In this document: positions 37,180-48,177 of the stretch, piece by piece | Layout of the letters: the number at the start of each line of letters is the position of its first letter | How positions within the stretch are numbered: position 1 is the stretch's first letter | Assembly (NCBI GenBank): GCA_964430885.1 | Contig: CAYSHM010000005.1 | Span: 82,948 to 146,947, forward strand | Direction: 5' to 3' | Source of the DNA: an uncultured archaeon | GTDB taxonomy: Archaea; Thermoplasmatota; Penumbrarchaeia; JASLWR01 | DNA: 64,000 nt | The notes under the pieces: model-generated | What the model saw: the letters and a program-made list of their open reading frames with translations, nothing else | What the model was told of the DNA's origin: nothing | Database searches by the model: none | Position numbers and translations under genes: made by a program

Positions 37180-38169
37180 ATGGTGATCAATTTGGAAAAC
37201 CCGGTTCTGACAAGCGTCAAATGGTTTGTGGATAACAGCCGCCACGTAAAGATCAATTATGAAAATATTTCTAAGGTGGCAGAAGAGAACGCCGGGTCTG
37301 ATTTCCCCTATCCCTCTTGGGACTTTGACTGTCTCCCCAAAGAGAGAAATGATGCTGCACTTGAATTCTTTTTTCTGATGAACTGCCTTAATTTCAAATT
37401 CTGGCATACGGACACAAAGGAGCGATTTTCAGCTATTGTGAATGGCGATAAGTATATAGGCGCTTTTGCAATGTTCGGTCTGTTCAATAAATGGCAGAAG
37501 AAAAACCCAAACCTGTTGACAGGCCAGTATCTCAAGAACATGACCATAGAAATTGCCAGGAAGAACCTATCGGGTATCAGAGGTCCAATTCCAATGCTGA
37601 GAAGAAGGGTTGAAATAATGAAGGAAGCCGGGAACATCCTGACTAGCAAATATTCAGATTTCAACGATCTTGTGGAGAGGTCGGAATATCTCTGTTTCAA
37701 TAATGGAAGAGGTATTGTGGAAAGATTGATAGAGGATTTCCCTTCCTTCAGGGATGAGTACCAATTTCACGGACGCAGAATAATCCTTAACAAGAGAGCA
37801 CAGTTAGCACCAGCAATGGTCTATGCCAAGTTTAGGGGAACCGGTAACTTTGACCTCAAGGACATAGATAAACTCACCGCTTTTGCAGATTATCAGCTTC
37901 CAAAGGGACTGCTGGGATACGGCATTCTGGAGTACTCTTCCGAAATGGAAAAAATAATAAAAAAACGGGAATTTATCCCCAAGGGGAGCAGATTGGAACT
38001 TGAGATAAGAGCGAATACGGTATTAGCAGTCCACATTCTGCTAGGGGCTTTGAATGAACGGAGAAATGGCCTGGGGCTAGTGAATGCTGTTCAGATGGAC
38101 TATCATCTTTGGAAAAGGGGAAGAGAGGAGAATACACCTTACCATCTCACTGAAACATCAGCCTATTGA
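37180..38169 (+). CDS. DUF2419 / Qng1-like (queuosine-salvage family) protein
   Basis: N-terminal SVKWFVDNSRHVKINYENISKVAE...AALEFFFLMNCLNFKFWH resembles the conserved block of DUF2419 proteins. Assignment made from memory of the family, not a search. Confidence 0.4.
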   Translation: MVINLENPVLTSVKWFVDNSRHVKINYENISKVAEENAGSDFPYPSWDFDCLPKERNDAALEFFFLMNCLNFKFWHTDTKERFSAIVNGDKYIGAFAMFGLFNKWQKKNPNLLTGQYLKNMTIEIARKNLSGIRGPIPMLRRRVEIMKEAGNILTSKYSDFNDLVERSEYLCFNNGRGIVERLIEDFPSFRDEYQFHGRRIILNKRAQLAPAMVYAKFRGTGNFDLKDIDKLTAFADYQLPKGLLGYGILEYSSEMEKIIKKREFIPKGSRLELEIRANTVLAVHILLGALNERRNGLGLVNAVQMDYHLWKRGREENTPYHLTETSAY

Positions 38170-38203
38170 ATGATATATAACAATATAAGGAAAGGAACTC
38201 TGC

Positions 38204-39964
38204 ATGAAAGAGGGAAAAAATACTGGCGAAGACAAGCATTGGCCAACGGCCTACAGGGAGATAAAAAGACAATACAAGAAAGGAAAGCCCCTTTCAGGAC
38301 TCCTGAAGGATGCTGAGGCTATAGCGGACCCATACTATTCCGCTCTTGGAACATTCTATCTAATTATCAAGGGTAATATGGACCCTTCTTCTTACGCTCC
38401 GCTCTTGGAAGGAACAATAACCAAAGCTAGAAGTGTTAAAAAAAACTGGCGAAGAGCTGAACTCCTGGGCAAACTTTGCAGGATGAGCCAGGACCTGGAG
38501 GGGGAGGGAGATAGAAGAACAATGATACAGGTCCAGAAAGAGATTTTATCAGTCACGGATAATATTCAAAAAGGAAAGGATCTTTCAGATGTGTTAAAAA
38601 GCTGCGCTAGGGACGTTAAGGGAGAAGCATTTGGTCTCCTTATTGATCTAGCACTATCCAATGGAGATTTTTCTAACAATGATGTGAAAACAATAATAAG
38701 GTACTGGGCAAGCGAAACTGGTGATAAAATTCCACCTGAGAAAATGATTGAAAAAATCCTCGATTCAGGCAGACCCTTTCTTGCCTCCAAATCTCTAGGA
38801 TATATGCATCTCCAGTTCAGGAAGAATAATACTGCAGTAAACAGCAATCCGTTTTCAAGGGCTCGTGATGTATTGAAAAGCTGTTCTGAAGCTGAGAAGG
38901 TGGAAGCGATCCGATATTTGATCCAGATTTCCAATAATAAAAATGAATTGCGGGAATTGGAAAATAGTCTGAACATTATAGATGATGAAATTGAAAGGAT
39001 CAGAATGAACATTTCCATTGCAGGTCAGTACGACCGAGCTGGTTTTACCAAGGAAGCTATCAGAAGATTTTATGAATGCCGGAGATTATGTGAAAAAATT
39101 AGAGAATCAGCTGAACGTAAAAAAATTGTCACCTGTATGATTAATACTGCCAAGGGCTTGGTGAAATGTGATGACCTTAAGGGGGCTGAAAAAACCTACT
39201 TGACCGCTGTAGATTTAGTAAAAGGGCATCCTATGGAACTGCTGCTGATAAATAAAATAGGCAGTGAAATGGTCAAAGACAATATCACCGTTCCAAAAAG
39301 TATCAGTGAAGTTTGGAATAATTCAGGTAAAGAAATGGTAAAAAACAGCATTAATAAGGACCCAATAAAAACCCGATCTACAGTCCACGATTCGAACTCC
39401 TCCATAATTGATCACGGCTCCAATATCCTGGGGTTGTTCAACACCTATAAAGGAAAACTCGGAGAGGTTCATTACCGATCATTAGGCCGAGCCGTTCCAC
39501 TCTGCAAGGGATATGGACTTGAACTAGCGCTCATTGATTTTCCAGCAGAAAACGTCGAGGAACTCATAAGCAAGGCAAATAACCATTCGAATATTCAGGG
39601 AATAAATTATTTGTCCGAGTTGTTTAAAACTGGTAAACTGCACATAGTAACAAGCCATGCTGAAATTAAGGGCAAAGGAAAAATGGATATTGGTAAAAAA
39701 AATTACATGGAATTGGGTACTCCAATAGCCACAACTCCTGATCCTGTAAAAAATAAGAAAAAGTATCTACTAAACCTTTTGAAAAAATCTATTATAGATG
39801 AAGTTAAAGAACCATTCTTAGTTATTATCGGGCTAGGCAGAAGCGGCCTCCCTTCAAGAATACTCAATGAGGCAAAATATCATTGCGAAATCACTGGCCG
39901 GAATGTATCCTTGGAGACATGCACTGCTATGGGAATAATCGCCTATATAATGGGCCAGGCATAG
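38204..39964 (+). CDS. Hypothetical cytoplasmic protein (586 aa), largely helical, no recognised domain
   Basis: Clean ORF with an AGGAAAGG SD upstream. No TM or signal peptide. No motif I can assign. Confidence 0.5.
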   Translation: MKEGKNTGEDKHWPTAYREIKRQYKKGKPLSGLLKDAEAIADPYYSALGTFYLIIKGNMDPSSYAPLLEGTITKARSVKKNWRRAELLGKLCRMSQDLEGEGDRRTMIQVQKEILSVTDNIQKGKDLSDVLKSCARDVKGEAFGLLIDLALSNGDFSNNDVKTIIRYWASETGDKIPPEKMIEKILDSGRPFLASKSLGYMHLQFRKNNTAVNSNPFSRARDVLKSCSEAEKVEAIRYLIQISNNKNELRELENSLNIIDDEIERIRMNISIAGQYDRAGFTKEAIRRFYECRRLCEKIRESAERKKIVTCMINTAKGLVKCDDLKGAEKTYLTAVDLVKGHPMELLLINKIGSEMVKDNITVPKSISEVWNNSGKEMVKNSINKDPIKTRSTVHDSNSSIIDHGSNILGLFNTYKGKLGEVHYRSLGRAVPLCKGYGLELALIDFPAENVEELISKANNHSNIQGINYLSELFKTGKLHIVTSHAEIKGKGKMDIGKKNYMELGTPIATTPDPVKNKKKYLLNLLKKSIIDEVKEPFLVIIGLGRSGLPSRILNEAKYHCEITGRNVSLETCTAMGIIAYIMGQA

Positions 39965-40136
39965 CTGGAATCAGCCTTTGGAGGCTTCTAAATACCCATC
40001 CTGACCTATCATATCATTTTTAGGATAAAGTAGATATAACAATTTAAAAATGACATGTATACTTAGCCTATTGGAGCCTTTAAGAAGGTTTTACTAGCAA
40101 AAAATAACTAACAGTTCATAATGAAATTGAAATCCG

Positions 40137-42188
40137 GTGATTGCATTGCTTTTAAATTCATTTGACGATGATACAAGGGAGAAAAGACTTCGGTTCACCT
40201 CGAACGGGGCCAGAACATTAGTCATGAATCTTCCCAAGGATGCCATTATTAAAGAGGCCACACTACAGCTTGAGGCACAGGAACTTCCAGATGCTTCCAT
40301 AATAAGAATAGGTGTTGTTAAAAACTGCACTTTGGAAGATTTCAACATGCTGGAAGAACGTCTGGAGATTACTTCATGGGGTAAGAACACAGTTCAGCCT
40401 GGCTGGGGGACCACTGAAACCACATCGTTCCTTGCAGGAGAATCGGGAAGATACCGGGTCATACCTATCGACCCTGCAGATATAATGGGTGCACACCCTT
40501 CATATTATCGAAGAGAATTTGATGTGATATTCATACCCAACGGACCTATGCATGCCGACCTTACCAACATGCTGAATTCCAGAATACCTATTGTCACCAC
40601 CAACCCCCAGGTAGCACTGAAAATAGGCCTTTGCGAGAAGGAATCACTCCATGGAGCCATAACAAATGTTCATATCAGAGATAGAATGCACTATATCTGC
40701 GAACAGTTCAGGTCCGATGATATAAGAATAGGCGGCAGGGAAGATGAGCAGGCCGAACATATCCTCATTGATGCCATTGAACCCCTTAATGAGAGTGTTA
40801 AAGGAATACTTGACACAGGAATATCATCCCAGTCAGTTCTTGTCACCAGCATGGATTATAAGTATGCGTACATCGGATTTTCCCGAATAGATCAATTACT
40901 GGAAGAAGATGACCTTTTCACAATCCTCAGGAGAACAACTGAATGGTGCGGGATTGGAGGATATATCACCAATATAGGCATGGAAATCAAGGGAACTACC
41001 GGAGGGTTCAAGAAAGCTGGAAGGCTCAGTGACATCGTTGACACCCCTGATTTTTCCCAATCTCTAAACGAGATAATAAGTTCGAATGAACCCAATGAAG
41101 AGGGAATGTATCCTACGGTAATAACATTCTATTCAGACTCTCCCGGACTATTGATCGTCGGTAATATAAGAATCGACTGTGTATTTCTTGCTACCATAAC
41201 GAAGTTTGCCGATGAAAAGAGCGAGGTGGTACTAGAATTTGACTCCATCAACAAGGTAGGGTATGCCTATGTAGATATCCCCAAGAAAGCAGATATCAAG
41301 AGTGCCACTCTGCGGATCGAGGGAAACCTTTCTGACGAGAGGATAGGAATCATATCCGGAGATGAGGAGGATGTATACGGGGTTACGGTTTCCACTCAGT
41401 ATACTGTCGCACAGCAGATCAAGACTGAGCGAGTCATGAGCGTATCTAGAATCGCACTTCATCTATCCAAACCTGATAAAAATGCGGAGCTGGAAGTGGA
41501 GATAAGGGAAGACTACATGGATACACCCTCCCTTGATATCGTCGATAAGGCCAGTGTGGACGGAGGAGATATCAAGAAGGAGTATTCCTGGGTGGAGATT
41601 GAGTTCGAGAATCTGGTATTGAAACCCGATTCATCCTACTGGATATTGGTAAAGGCGAAGAAAGGAAAAGTACATTGGCATGCGGACAGAAAATGCCCTA
41701 TGGGTGGCTCCCTTTACTTCACCAAGGATGACGGAAAAACCTGGGCTGAACATGAGATGGACGCACTGTTCAAGGTATTCTATAAAATGGAATCATATGA
41801 TGATTCGCCTACTATGCGCCTGTTACCCTCAAGCAATCAGATATGGGCCTATTCCGGCAAGTTCCAGGAGGTCAGGACAATCCCGGATTTCTGCCAATCC
41901 ATAATCGATCATATCACCACTCATTCAAAGGAATTCCAGGGGAAAGATGTGGCACGTGTCCCATTGACATTCTCCGCTCAATCCATTGGAACACTGACAC
42001 TGTTCGACCTGAAGATCAAGTGTGAACTCCCCACATTGGAGATGAAGGAGGAAGTGGAGACCGCAACAATTGCCAAGGAGCTCCAGGCGATACTTGAACT
42101 GCTAGCCAAGGTAAAAAAGCGGGTTACCAACCTCATGGACGGATTGCCTCCCGATGTACTTGAGGGCCTGGAATTTGAAAAAGTATAG
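40137..42188 (+). CDS. Hypothetical protein (683 aa) with internally recurring ATLQLEAQ / ATLRIEGN / TLTLFDLKIK beta-like segments; no recognised family
   Basis: Long ORF. GTG at 40137 or ATG at 40224 as start. No TM or signal peptide. Confidence 0.45.
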   Translation: MIALLLNSFDDDTREKRLRFTSNGARTLVMNLPKDAIIKEATLQLEAQELPDASIIRIGVVKNCTLEDFNMLEERLEITSWGKNTVQPGWGTTETTSFLAGESGRYRVIPIDPADIMGAHPSYYRREFDVIFIPNGPMHADLTNMLNSRIPIVTTNPQVALKIGLCEKESLHGAITNVHIRDRMHYICEQFRSDDIRIGGREDEQAEHILIDAIEPLNESVKGILDTGISSQSVLVTSMDYKYAYIGFSRIDQLLEEDDLFTILRRTTEWCGIGGYITNIGMEIKGTTGGFKKAGRLSDIVDTPDFSQSLNEIISSNEPNEEGMYPTVITFYSDSPGLLIVGNIRIDCVFLATITKFADEKSEVVLEFDSINKVGYAYVDIPKKADIKSATLRIEGNLSDERIGIISGDEEDVYGVTVSTQYTVAQQIKTERVMSVSRIALHLSKPDKNAELEVEIREDYMDTPSLDIVDKASVDGGDIKKEYSWVEIEFENLVLKPDSSYWILVKAKKGKVHWHADRKCPMGGSLYFTKDDGKTWAEHEMDALFKVFYKMESYDDSPTMRLLPSSNQIWAYSGKFQEVRTIPDFCQSIIDHITTHSKEFQGKDVARVPLTFSAQSIGTLTLFDLKIKCELPTLEMKEEVETATIAKELQAILELLAKVKKRVTNLMDGLPPDVLEGLEFEKV

Positions 42189-42274
42189 GGGCATACCTGA
42201 TATGTTCCCATGATCGTGATACCTATACACTGCCATAGCTATTCAAAAATTATCCTACTTATCGGGGTTGGAGC

Positions 42275-43123
42275 ATGTACAGCATCACACCTATTCTGAA
42301 GAGCTACTTGGAAGAAGATATTCGCACCGGTGACATTACTGGAAATCTCATTCCGAAAAATATTACTGCTGAAGCAAGTATTTTTGCAAGAGAGGGAGGA
42401 ATGATTGCGGGAATTAATGTTATTGAGCAGCTGTTCAGTCTTCTGGAATGCAGATTGGTCACAAAGGTCCATGACGGGGATGCAGTTGATAAAGATCAAT
42501 TGATCGGCAGAGTCAGCGGAAGCTGTACTGATATATTGAAGGGGGAAAGGGTCGCGCTGAATATATTAGGCAGGATGAGCGGTATCGCCACCTTAACTGG
42601 CAGATTTGTGAAAAAAGTAACGGAAATCAGCCCTCGTACCCGGATAGCTGCTACAAGAAAGACGACGCCGGGATTCAGGATTTTTGAAAAAATGGCTGTA
42701 AACATCGGCGGAGGGGACACACATAGATTTGCACTGGACGATATGGTTCTGATAAAGGAAAACCATATCCGACTGGCAGGAGGTATTGAAAGCATAATGT
42801 CCACTGTCAGGCAGAGGATTTCCTTTTCCAAGAAGATTGATATCGAAGTGGAGAGCATATCTGAATTCAAGACCGCCCTTGAATATGATCCCGACATAAT
42901 ACTGTTGGATAACATGAAGCCTGATGAATGCAAAGCATGCAGACAGATGCTTCAGAAGAAGCAGAGTTCAGGCGGAATCAAAACTCTTTTGGAGGTGTCG
43001 GGAAATATTGATTTGGATAATGTGGCGGATTACGCAGTCTTTGCAGATATTATATCCATTGGATCCCTTACTCATTCATACAGGATACTGGACCTATCCA
43101 TGCTGATGGAGGACCTGAAATAG
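42275..43123 (+). CDS. nadC: Nicotinate-nucleotide pyrophosphorylase [carboxylating] (quinolinate phosphoribosyltransferase)
   Basis: 282 aa. EDIRTGDIT, GERVALNILGRMSGIATLT, RIAATRKTTPGFRIFEK, GGGDTHRFALDDMVLIKENH and ILLDNM motifs characteristic of NadC. Confidence 0.85.
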   Translation: MYSITPILKSYLEEDIRTGDITGNLIPKNITAEASIFAREGGMIAGINVIEQLFSLLECRLVTKVHDGDAVDKDQLIGRVSGSCTDILKGERVALNILGRMSGIATLTGRFVKKVTEISPRTRIAATRKTTPGFRIFEKMAVNIGGGDTHRFALDDMVLIKENHIRLAGGIESIMSTVRQRISFSKKIDIEVESISEFKTALEYDPDIILLDNMKPDECKACRQMLQKKQSSGGIKTLLEVSGNIDLDNVADYAVFADIISIGSLTHSYRILDLSMLMEDLK

Positions 43124-43146
43124 ATCTAATTGATAATGTGGTTTAG

Positions 43147-43680
43147 ATGACGTTTACATTTCAGCTTATGCAGTTTGCATTCGGATTATTATTAATCATG
43201 ATACCCTTTGGATTGGTCATGTTCTTTCTTAGAAAAGCCAGATCAAAAATCAGGGTAGCATCAGCGTTATTGATATCTATTCTGTTCTTCATTTCGGGAA
43301 TTGGATTATTTCACGGCTTATACCCTGAAATTGTCATGGGAGATAATATCAAGGATAACAATGGTAATCTGATTAGGGGATATTATTATAACCGAACTGC
43401 TTTCGAAAAGGAAAAGAAGTATGATGAAATCGATAAGGAAACCCGGTTGGCCTGGGACAATGTTTTTGAGACCAGTAATCCCCTGTACCATGAATTTTAT
43501 AAGGATTATCGAGTACTACAAGAAGATAGATTTATCAGCTCAATTATAGGTTTAGGGACCGGATTCATCTTCACCGTGGGATATATTGCAATTCTGGGAA
43601 TCAGCCATAGAAGAAAAGGATTTTCAGAGCAGAGGATAAGCTATCGAGGTGGCATAGACCTTCTAGACGATGACATGTGA
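43147..43680 (+). CDS. Hypothetical small membrane protein (3 TM)
   Basis: 177 aa; hydrophobic helices at the N-terminus and near residue 140. Confidence 0.4.
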   Translation: MTFTFQLMQFAFGLLLIMIPFGLVMFFLRKARSKIRVASALLISILFFISGIGLFHGLYPEIVMGDNIKDNNGNLIRGYYYNRTAFEKEKKYDEIDKETRLAWDNVFETSNPLYHEFYKDYRVLQEDRFISSIIGLGTGFIFTVGYIAILGISHRRKGFSEQRISYRGGIDLLDDDM

Positions 43681-43708
43681 CAGGGAAGTTTTAATTGTAA
43701 ATAATTGA

Positions 43709-45304
43709 TCAGAATATCAATTCCTTCTCCTTCATCATATGGGCAATGATCTTCTGGCTCCCCAGCTTCTCGGGCCAGATATAATAATCTATAAGGTTCT
43801 CAGTTTCCAGTCTTTTCAAAAGATCGAATGTGTGGACCTTGACAATCACGTAACTCTCAGGATTCAATTCCTTGACAATCTTTACCGAAAGATACAGCTC
43901 ATGTTCATCAGGGATGGTCACAATTACCGCTTTGGCATGTTTCACATCGGCACATTCCAGAACATCGGATTCAACACCGTTGCCCAGGTAGGCCTTTATT
44001 CCATGCCGGCAAAGATAATCCACCTTGGACATATCCCTATCGATTACAGCAATATCCCTGTTGAAATGGTCTAGTACATGGGTCAGTTTGGCTGATGTCC
44101 TTCCGTAACCTATAATAACAGTGTGGTCAAAGAGTATAGCCCTTTCTTTTCTTTCAAAGTGGAAAGACCTAACAAGTATAGGTGCACCAATAGCGGTGAT
44201 AATTGTGAGCATGATTATGCTGTTAAAAAGGTCTTCCCCGATTATTCCGTTATCAAAACCCAAAGTAGCGGTAGCAATAGCTGCGCTTACCTTGGGCAGC
44301 AGGAGGGCGCCGATGACCAATCCATCCTTGGAAACGAACTTGTTGGTAGTACCTGAAAATAAAATCGCTCCAACCAATCTCGCAAGTATCAGCACTACTA
44401 ACAGCATTATGGTAATAAGAATAACCTCATAACCTCCCTTGTAGAAGACAGATATGTCCATCTTTATTCCCAGTATGATGAAGAACATGGGTATGAAGAA
44501 CCCATGGGCCACACCCTGCAATTTATGATACACCTGCTCATTCGGAATATGCTGACCTACACTCATTCCCACAAGAAAGGCTATCAGTATGCCATGTATT
44601 CCCAAGAGTTCCCCGAGGGCTATAATGGTCAGTAAAGTGAATACCATGAATTTGAAATCCGCTTCCCTCTGTTTCTGGGTTTCTCTGGTAAAAAAAAGCG
44701 ATGCTAGTTTTGGAAGCAGTATTAAAATGAACAAGATTATTAAGGGAGTTGCGATAAGGAATATTACGAATCCGAACATACCTTTTTCCCACTGAATCAG
44801 ACAGGAGACAAAGAATAGGGTTATAGCATCCAGTATTACTATAGCGGGTATTAGAAAACTGGCAAAACGTTCCCTTAGGTAAAGGGATGATTTTATCATG
44901 GGGATAATCTCCCCTACTGAAGCGGATAGCATCACCGTGCCAACAAGTAACGAAGGGAGCAGACCGTAACCCAAGGTAAACATAAGGAAAAATCCCAAGG
45001 AAAAGGAACATAGGGAGGAAATTACTGAAAGAGACATGGAGCGCCTAAAACTCAAGTTCGGATACTCGTGTATCTCCATCCCTGCCTCAAAAACAAGAAA
45101 ATAAATACCAATATTGGCCAAGAAAGTCAGGAATGTTTGGTCAGGTTCTATTCCTAAAAAGGTAGGACCCAGTATTATCCCACCTACGATGTATGCTGGG
45201 ACAATCATTATCTTGGCTTTGCGGATAACTTCAGGCACCAGAAAGGAAACCGCTATCAGTATAGCGAAAATAAAGATAGGAAAGAAAGTACCTTCTGCCA
45301 CCAT
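43709..45304 (-). CDS. Monovalent cation:proton antiporter-2 (CPA2, Kef-type) with C-terminal RCK/TrkA-N domain
   Basis: 531 aa. About 12 TM helices, then a Rossmann-type HTVIIGYGRTSAKLTHVLDHFNRDIAVIDRD NAD-binding (RCK) domain. Confidence 0.8.
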   Translation of the reverse strand: MVAEGTFFPIFIFAILIAVSFLVPEVIRKAKIMIVPAYIVGGIILGPTFLGIEPDQTFLTFLANIGIYFLVFEAGMEIHEYPNLSFRRSMSLSVISSLCSFSLGFFLMFTLGYGLLPSLLVGTVMLSASVGEIIPMIKSSLYLRERFASFLIPAIVILDAITLFFVSCLIQWEKGMFGFVIFLIATPLIILFILILLPKLASLFFTRETQKQREADFKFMVFTLLTIIALGELLGIHGILIAFLVGMSVGQHIPNEQVYHKLQGVAHGFFIPMFFIILGIKMDISVFYKGGYEVILITIMLLVVLILARLVGAILFSGTTNKFVSKDGLVIGALLLPKVSAAIATATLGFDNGIIGEDLFNSIIMLTIITAIGAPILVRSFHFERKERAILFDHTVIIGYGRTSAKLTHVLDHFNRDIAVIDRDMSKVDYLCRHGIKAYLGNGVESDVLECADVKHAKAVIVTIPDEHELYLSVKIVKELNPESYVIVKVHTFDLLKRLETENLIDYYIWPEKLGSQKIIAHMMKEKELIF

Positions 45305-45549
45305 TTTATTACCCGTACTTTCATTTCAATAGATTCCTAAACATTTACCAAATGACAAAAAGATTATCGATTTTCATACCTGATCAAGTTATATTATACA
45401 TCCTATTGTCTAATTACATTCTTTCATTATGGAGTGAAATCAGAAACATATAGACATTGATGCTTATATAATAATATGTTCAAATTGTATCTTTTTCACG
45501 ATTTGTGGAGATAGGTTATAAAAAAGAATGACTCCAAAGCTAATAATTG

Positions 45550-46821
45550 CTATTCAGTATAGAGACCTAGTACTCTTGCAACCATCTGTTTTGATGAGAA
45601 ATGGCCATTAATTCTTTTGAGGGAATTTTTTGATAATGTATCAAATACTTCCGACTCATCAAAGGCCTTGGTCAATAAGCGGCAAACTTCTTCAGCAAAA
45701 GGTTCAATCGGAATTTTCTTCAACTTCGAATTCGGCAGCTTCATGCTGCGGTATATGTTATTGAATTTCAATAGATAACCATTACATCCATTAATGACAA
45801 GTTCAGGATTCCCGCCCAGATCGCTGGTCATCAAAGGCTTCCCCATTGCCATGGCTTCCAATATGGCCATTGAACAATTTTCAGGCCAAAGTGAGGGGAC
45901 TAGGATCAAGCTGGCATCCCTTTGAAGCTCTTTCAATCGTTCCTCGGATACGAAACCAAGATAATTTATTTCCTTATGCTTAACTGAGTATTCCCTAACC
46001 AACTTTTCCTGCGGACCTTTCCCGGTAATGAACAATTTGATATTCTCCCTTCCGTCGGCATCAATATTTAATAGGAATTTCTCGAAACCTTTCAACAGTA
46101 CATCAATTCCTTTTTCTGGATATAAACGTCCTGTGAACAGAAGCCAAAATTTGTTATTCTTTCGAATTTGTGACTGAATGGTTTTTGGAGATGAATTAGT
46201 CGGGACTCCATTATAGATGAGTGATACCTGGCCTATTTGATTTCCTTCCATTATTGCCTTCATGAACCTTGAAGGAGCGATGTAATTGACCCTATCAAGA
46301 TATTCGGCCCAATGTTTCTTCTTTATTTTGTGATAAATATATTTACTGGTTCCCTGACATTTTAAGAGATCACAGCTGATCATATTGCACATATCTTCAC
46401 TGTTGTTTAAACAGATGGATCGGTTATTCCGTCGATAGATAATGGTCTTGGGACATATGACATGATAATCATGAAGGGTCATGAAACTGGGCAAACCGAT
46501 CCCTTTGATCTTTTTAAAGAAATAAGGGCTGATCCCTGAAAAGACATTATGGGCATGTATTACATCAATTTGTCTATCCTTGATAAGCTCCATGATCTCC
46601 CTGGCTGCACCTCGGTTCTTTATCCTATGCATGGGTGATGGTTTAGTCTTCGATAAAACTGTATTTGATATAGGTAATATATGTCCGGCGATGGGGTCGG
46701 ACATTATGGAAAATAGATGTATTTCATGACCCATTCTCTTCATCTCTTCATAAAGAACCTTGATGTGGGTCTCTGCACCTCCGACCAGCGTGGAATTATC
46801 ATTAACGAACAGTATCTTCAA
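45550..46821 (-). CDS. Glycosyltransferase family 4 (GT-B, retaining)
   Basis: 423 aa. MKILFVNDNSTLVGGAE N-terminus and EAMAMGKPLMTSDLGGNPELV (E-x7-E) C-terminal motif. TTG start. Confidence 0.75.
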   Translation of the reverse strand: MKILFVNDNSTLVGGAETHIKVLYEEMKRMGHEIHLFSIMSDPIAGHILPISNTVLSKTKPSPMHRIKNRGAAREIMELIKDRQIDVIHAHNVFSGISPYFFKKIKGIGLPSFMTLHDYHVICPKTIIYRRNNRSICLNNSEDMCNMISCDLLKCQGTSKYIYHKIKKKHWAEYLDRVNYIAPSRFMKAIMEGNQIGQVSLIYNGVPTNSSPKTIQSQIRKNNKFWLLFTGRLYPEKGIDVLLKGFEKFLLNIDADGRENIKLFITGKGPQEKLVREYSVKHKEINYLGFVSEERLKELQRDASLILVPSLWPENCSMAILEAMAMGKPLMTSDLGGNPELVINGCNGYLLKFNNIYRSMKLPNSKLKKIPIEPFAEEVCRLLTKAFDESEVFDTLSKNSLKRINGHFSSKQMVARVLGLYTE

Positions 46822-46998
46822 TATGGAACACCCTATACTTCATCATTCAGGAACATCATATTTACCTGTGGCTTAAGGATTATCCCCATTGCAAATCTAT
46901 AATAATAAATTTTACATCACCAGGGTTAAGGTTTTATATGTAGGATGAATTATATGAAAACGAAAGCCTATTGGCTTTTATGAATCAGAGGTGAAAGG

Positions 46999-47637
46999 AT
47001 GGGAGAAGTAGGTTCCGTTGAATGTCCAAGCTGTTCAGCTCCTGTGGAAAGAGTAGCGGGTGTCAGGACGGTTACATGTCCATACTGCAGAACAGCGATT
47101 GTATCTGAGAAGCATAGAAAGGAATTTCAAGCAGAAGAAATCATTCAGAAGACACAGATAACCTACGGACCGGATGACAGAGGGCCATTGGGCATCGACA
47201 CTGCTGGATTCTACGAGAACAGCTCTTTCATCATCAGGGGTACAATAGAATACAGGGACAGCGACGGTTGGACCTGGCAGGAATATTTTATAAAATTTGC
47301 AGACGGTAGGACCGCTTGGCTGGAATATGATGATGGCGATTATTGGATGAACTTCGAGATAGAAAGAGAGTTCAAAAAGGGAATGTTCGGCTACAAGGTA
47401 GGTGATGAGAAAATCAAGGTGAAGGAAAAAGGGAAGGTCAAGATAAATTATCAGAACGGACACCTGCCTTTCAGCTACCCTCCAAATACGACTATAAATT
47501 ATATTGATGCAAAATCGACAAAGGATCCCCGTAAGAGATATTCAATAGAATATACAAAAAATGAGACTGAGGTCTATGAAGGGTACAAGGTAAGGGTTGA
47601 AAAAACAGAGAACCACATCGAAGTTATAAGAATGTAA
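46999..47637 (+). CDS. Hypothetical protein with N-terminal zinc ribbon (CPSC...CPYC) and DUF4178-like C-terminal domain
   Basis: 212 aa. CxxC-x13-CxxC at the N-terminus, and a W.EY.....W.LEYDDGDYW pattern. Confidence 0.4.
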   Translation: MGEVGSVECPSCSAPVERVAGVRTVTCPYCRTAIVSEKHRKEFQAEEIIQKTQITYGPDDRGPLGIDTAGFYENSSFIIRGTIEYRDSDGWTWQEYFIKFADGRTAWLEYDDGDYWMNFEIEREFKKGMFGYKVGDEKIKVKEKGKVKINYQNGHLPFSYPPNTTINYIDAKSTKDPRKRYSIEYTKNETEVYEGYKVRVEKTENHIEVIRM

Positions 47638-47652
47638 ATGGCCATATTCGAA

Positions 47653-47913
47653 TCAATCAGACCTATCACTGCTCATATCGATGATACGTTCAGAAAGACT
47701 CAGGCAGGCCAGAAGGTCATCCAAGGTATTTTTCAATCTGCCGATCTCTGAAAAAGAGCACTTGAATATTATCCTGGAACCAACTCTCTCAACTGACACA
47801 TATCCTTCGTTATCTGCATCGACAGAATCCAAAATGCTAACTGCTTCTTTGGGATCTTTACAGAGGATACTGACCTCAGCAATGAATGATTTTTTCTCAT
47901 TTGTCCGGTCCAT
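47653..47913 (-). CDS. KEOPS complex subunit Pcc1-like (CTAG/Pcc1 family)
   Basis: ~86 aa. KSFIAEVSILCKDPKEAVSIL...RVGSRIIFKCSFSEIGRLKNTLDDLLACLSLSERI resembles the Pcc1 two-helix/three-strand pattern. ATG at 47913; the track start 47919 is TTG. Confidence 0.4.
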   Translation of the reverse strand: MDRTNEKKSFIAEVSILCKDPKEAVSILDSVDADNEGYVSVERVGSRIIFKCSFSEIGRLKNTLDDLLACLSLSERIIDMSSDRSD

Positions 47914-48177
47914 GGGCAACTACCCCCTTTACTGTAAAAATAAGACGATAAGTTGCAACCAATAAATAAACCCGTCCATTTGAACCAAAATTGATAATAA
48001 TAATATTGTCCTTATCCCGAAATTATTATCCGGCAGGATGCTGACGGTGTATTTGAAAAGCTGACATGTATGCCGGACTAAAAACGCTTTCGATCTGCCC
48101 AATAAATCTGCAGATGGAGGTGAGACTTGATTTACATGAAGTTTTAGGTCTAAAAAACTATAGGAAACGGGATAGAA

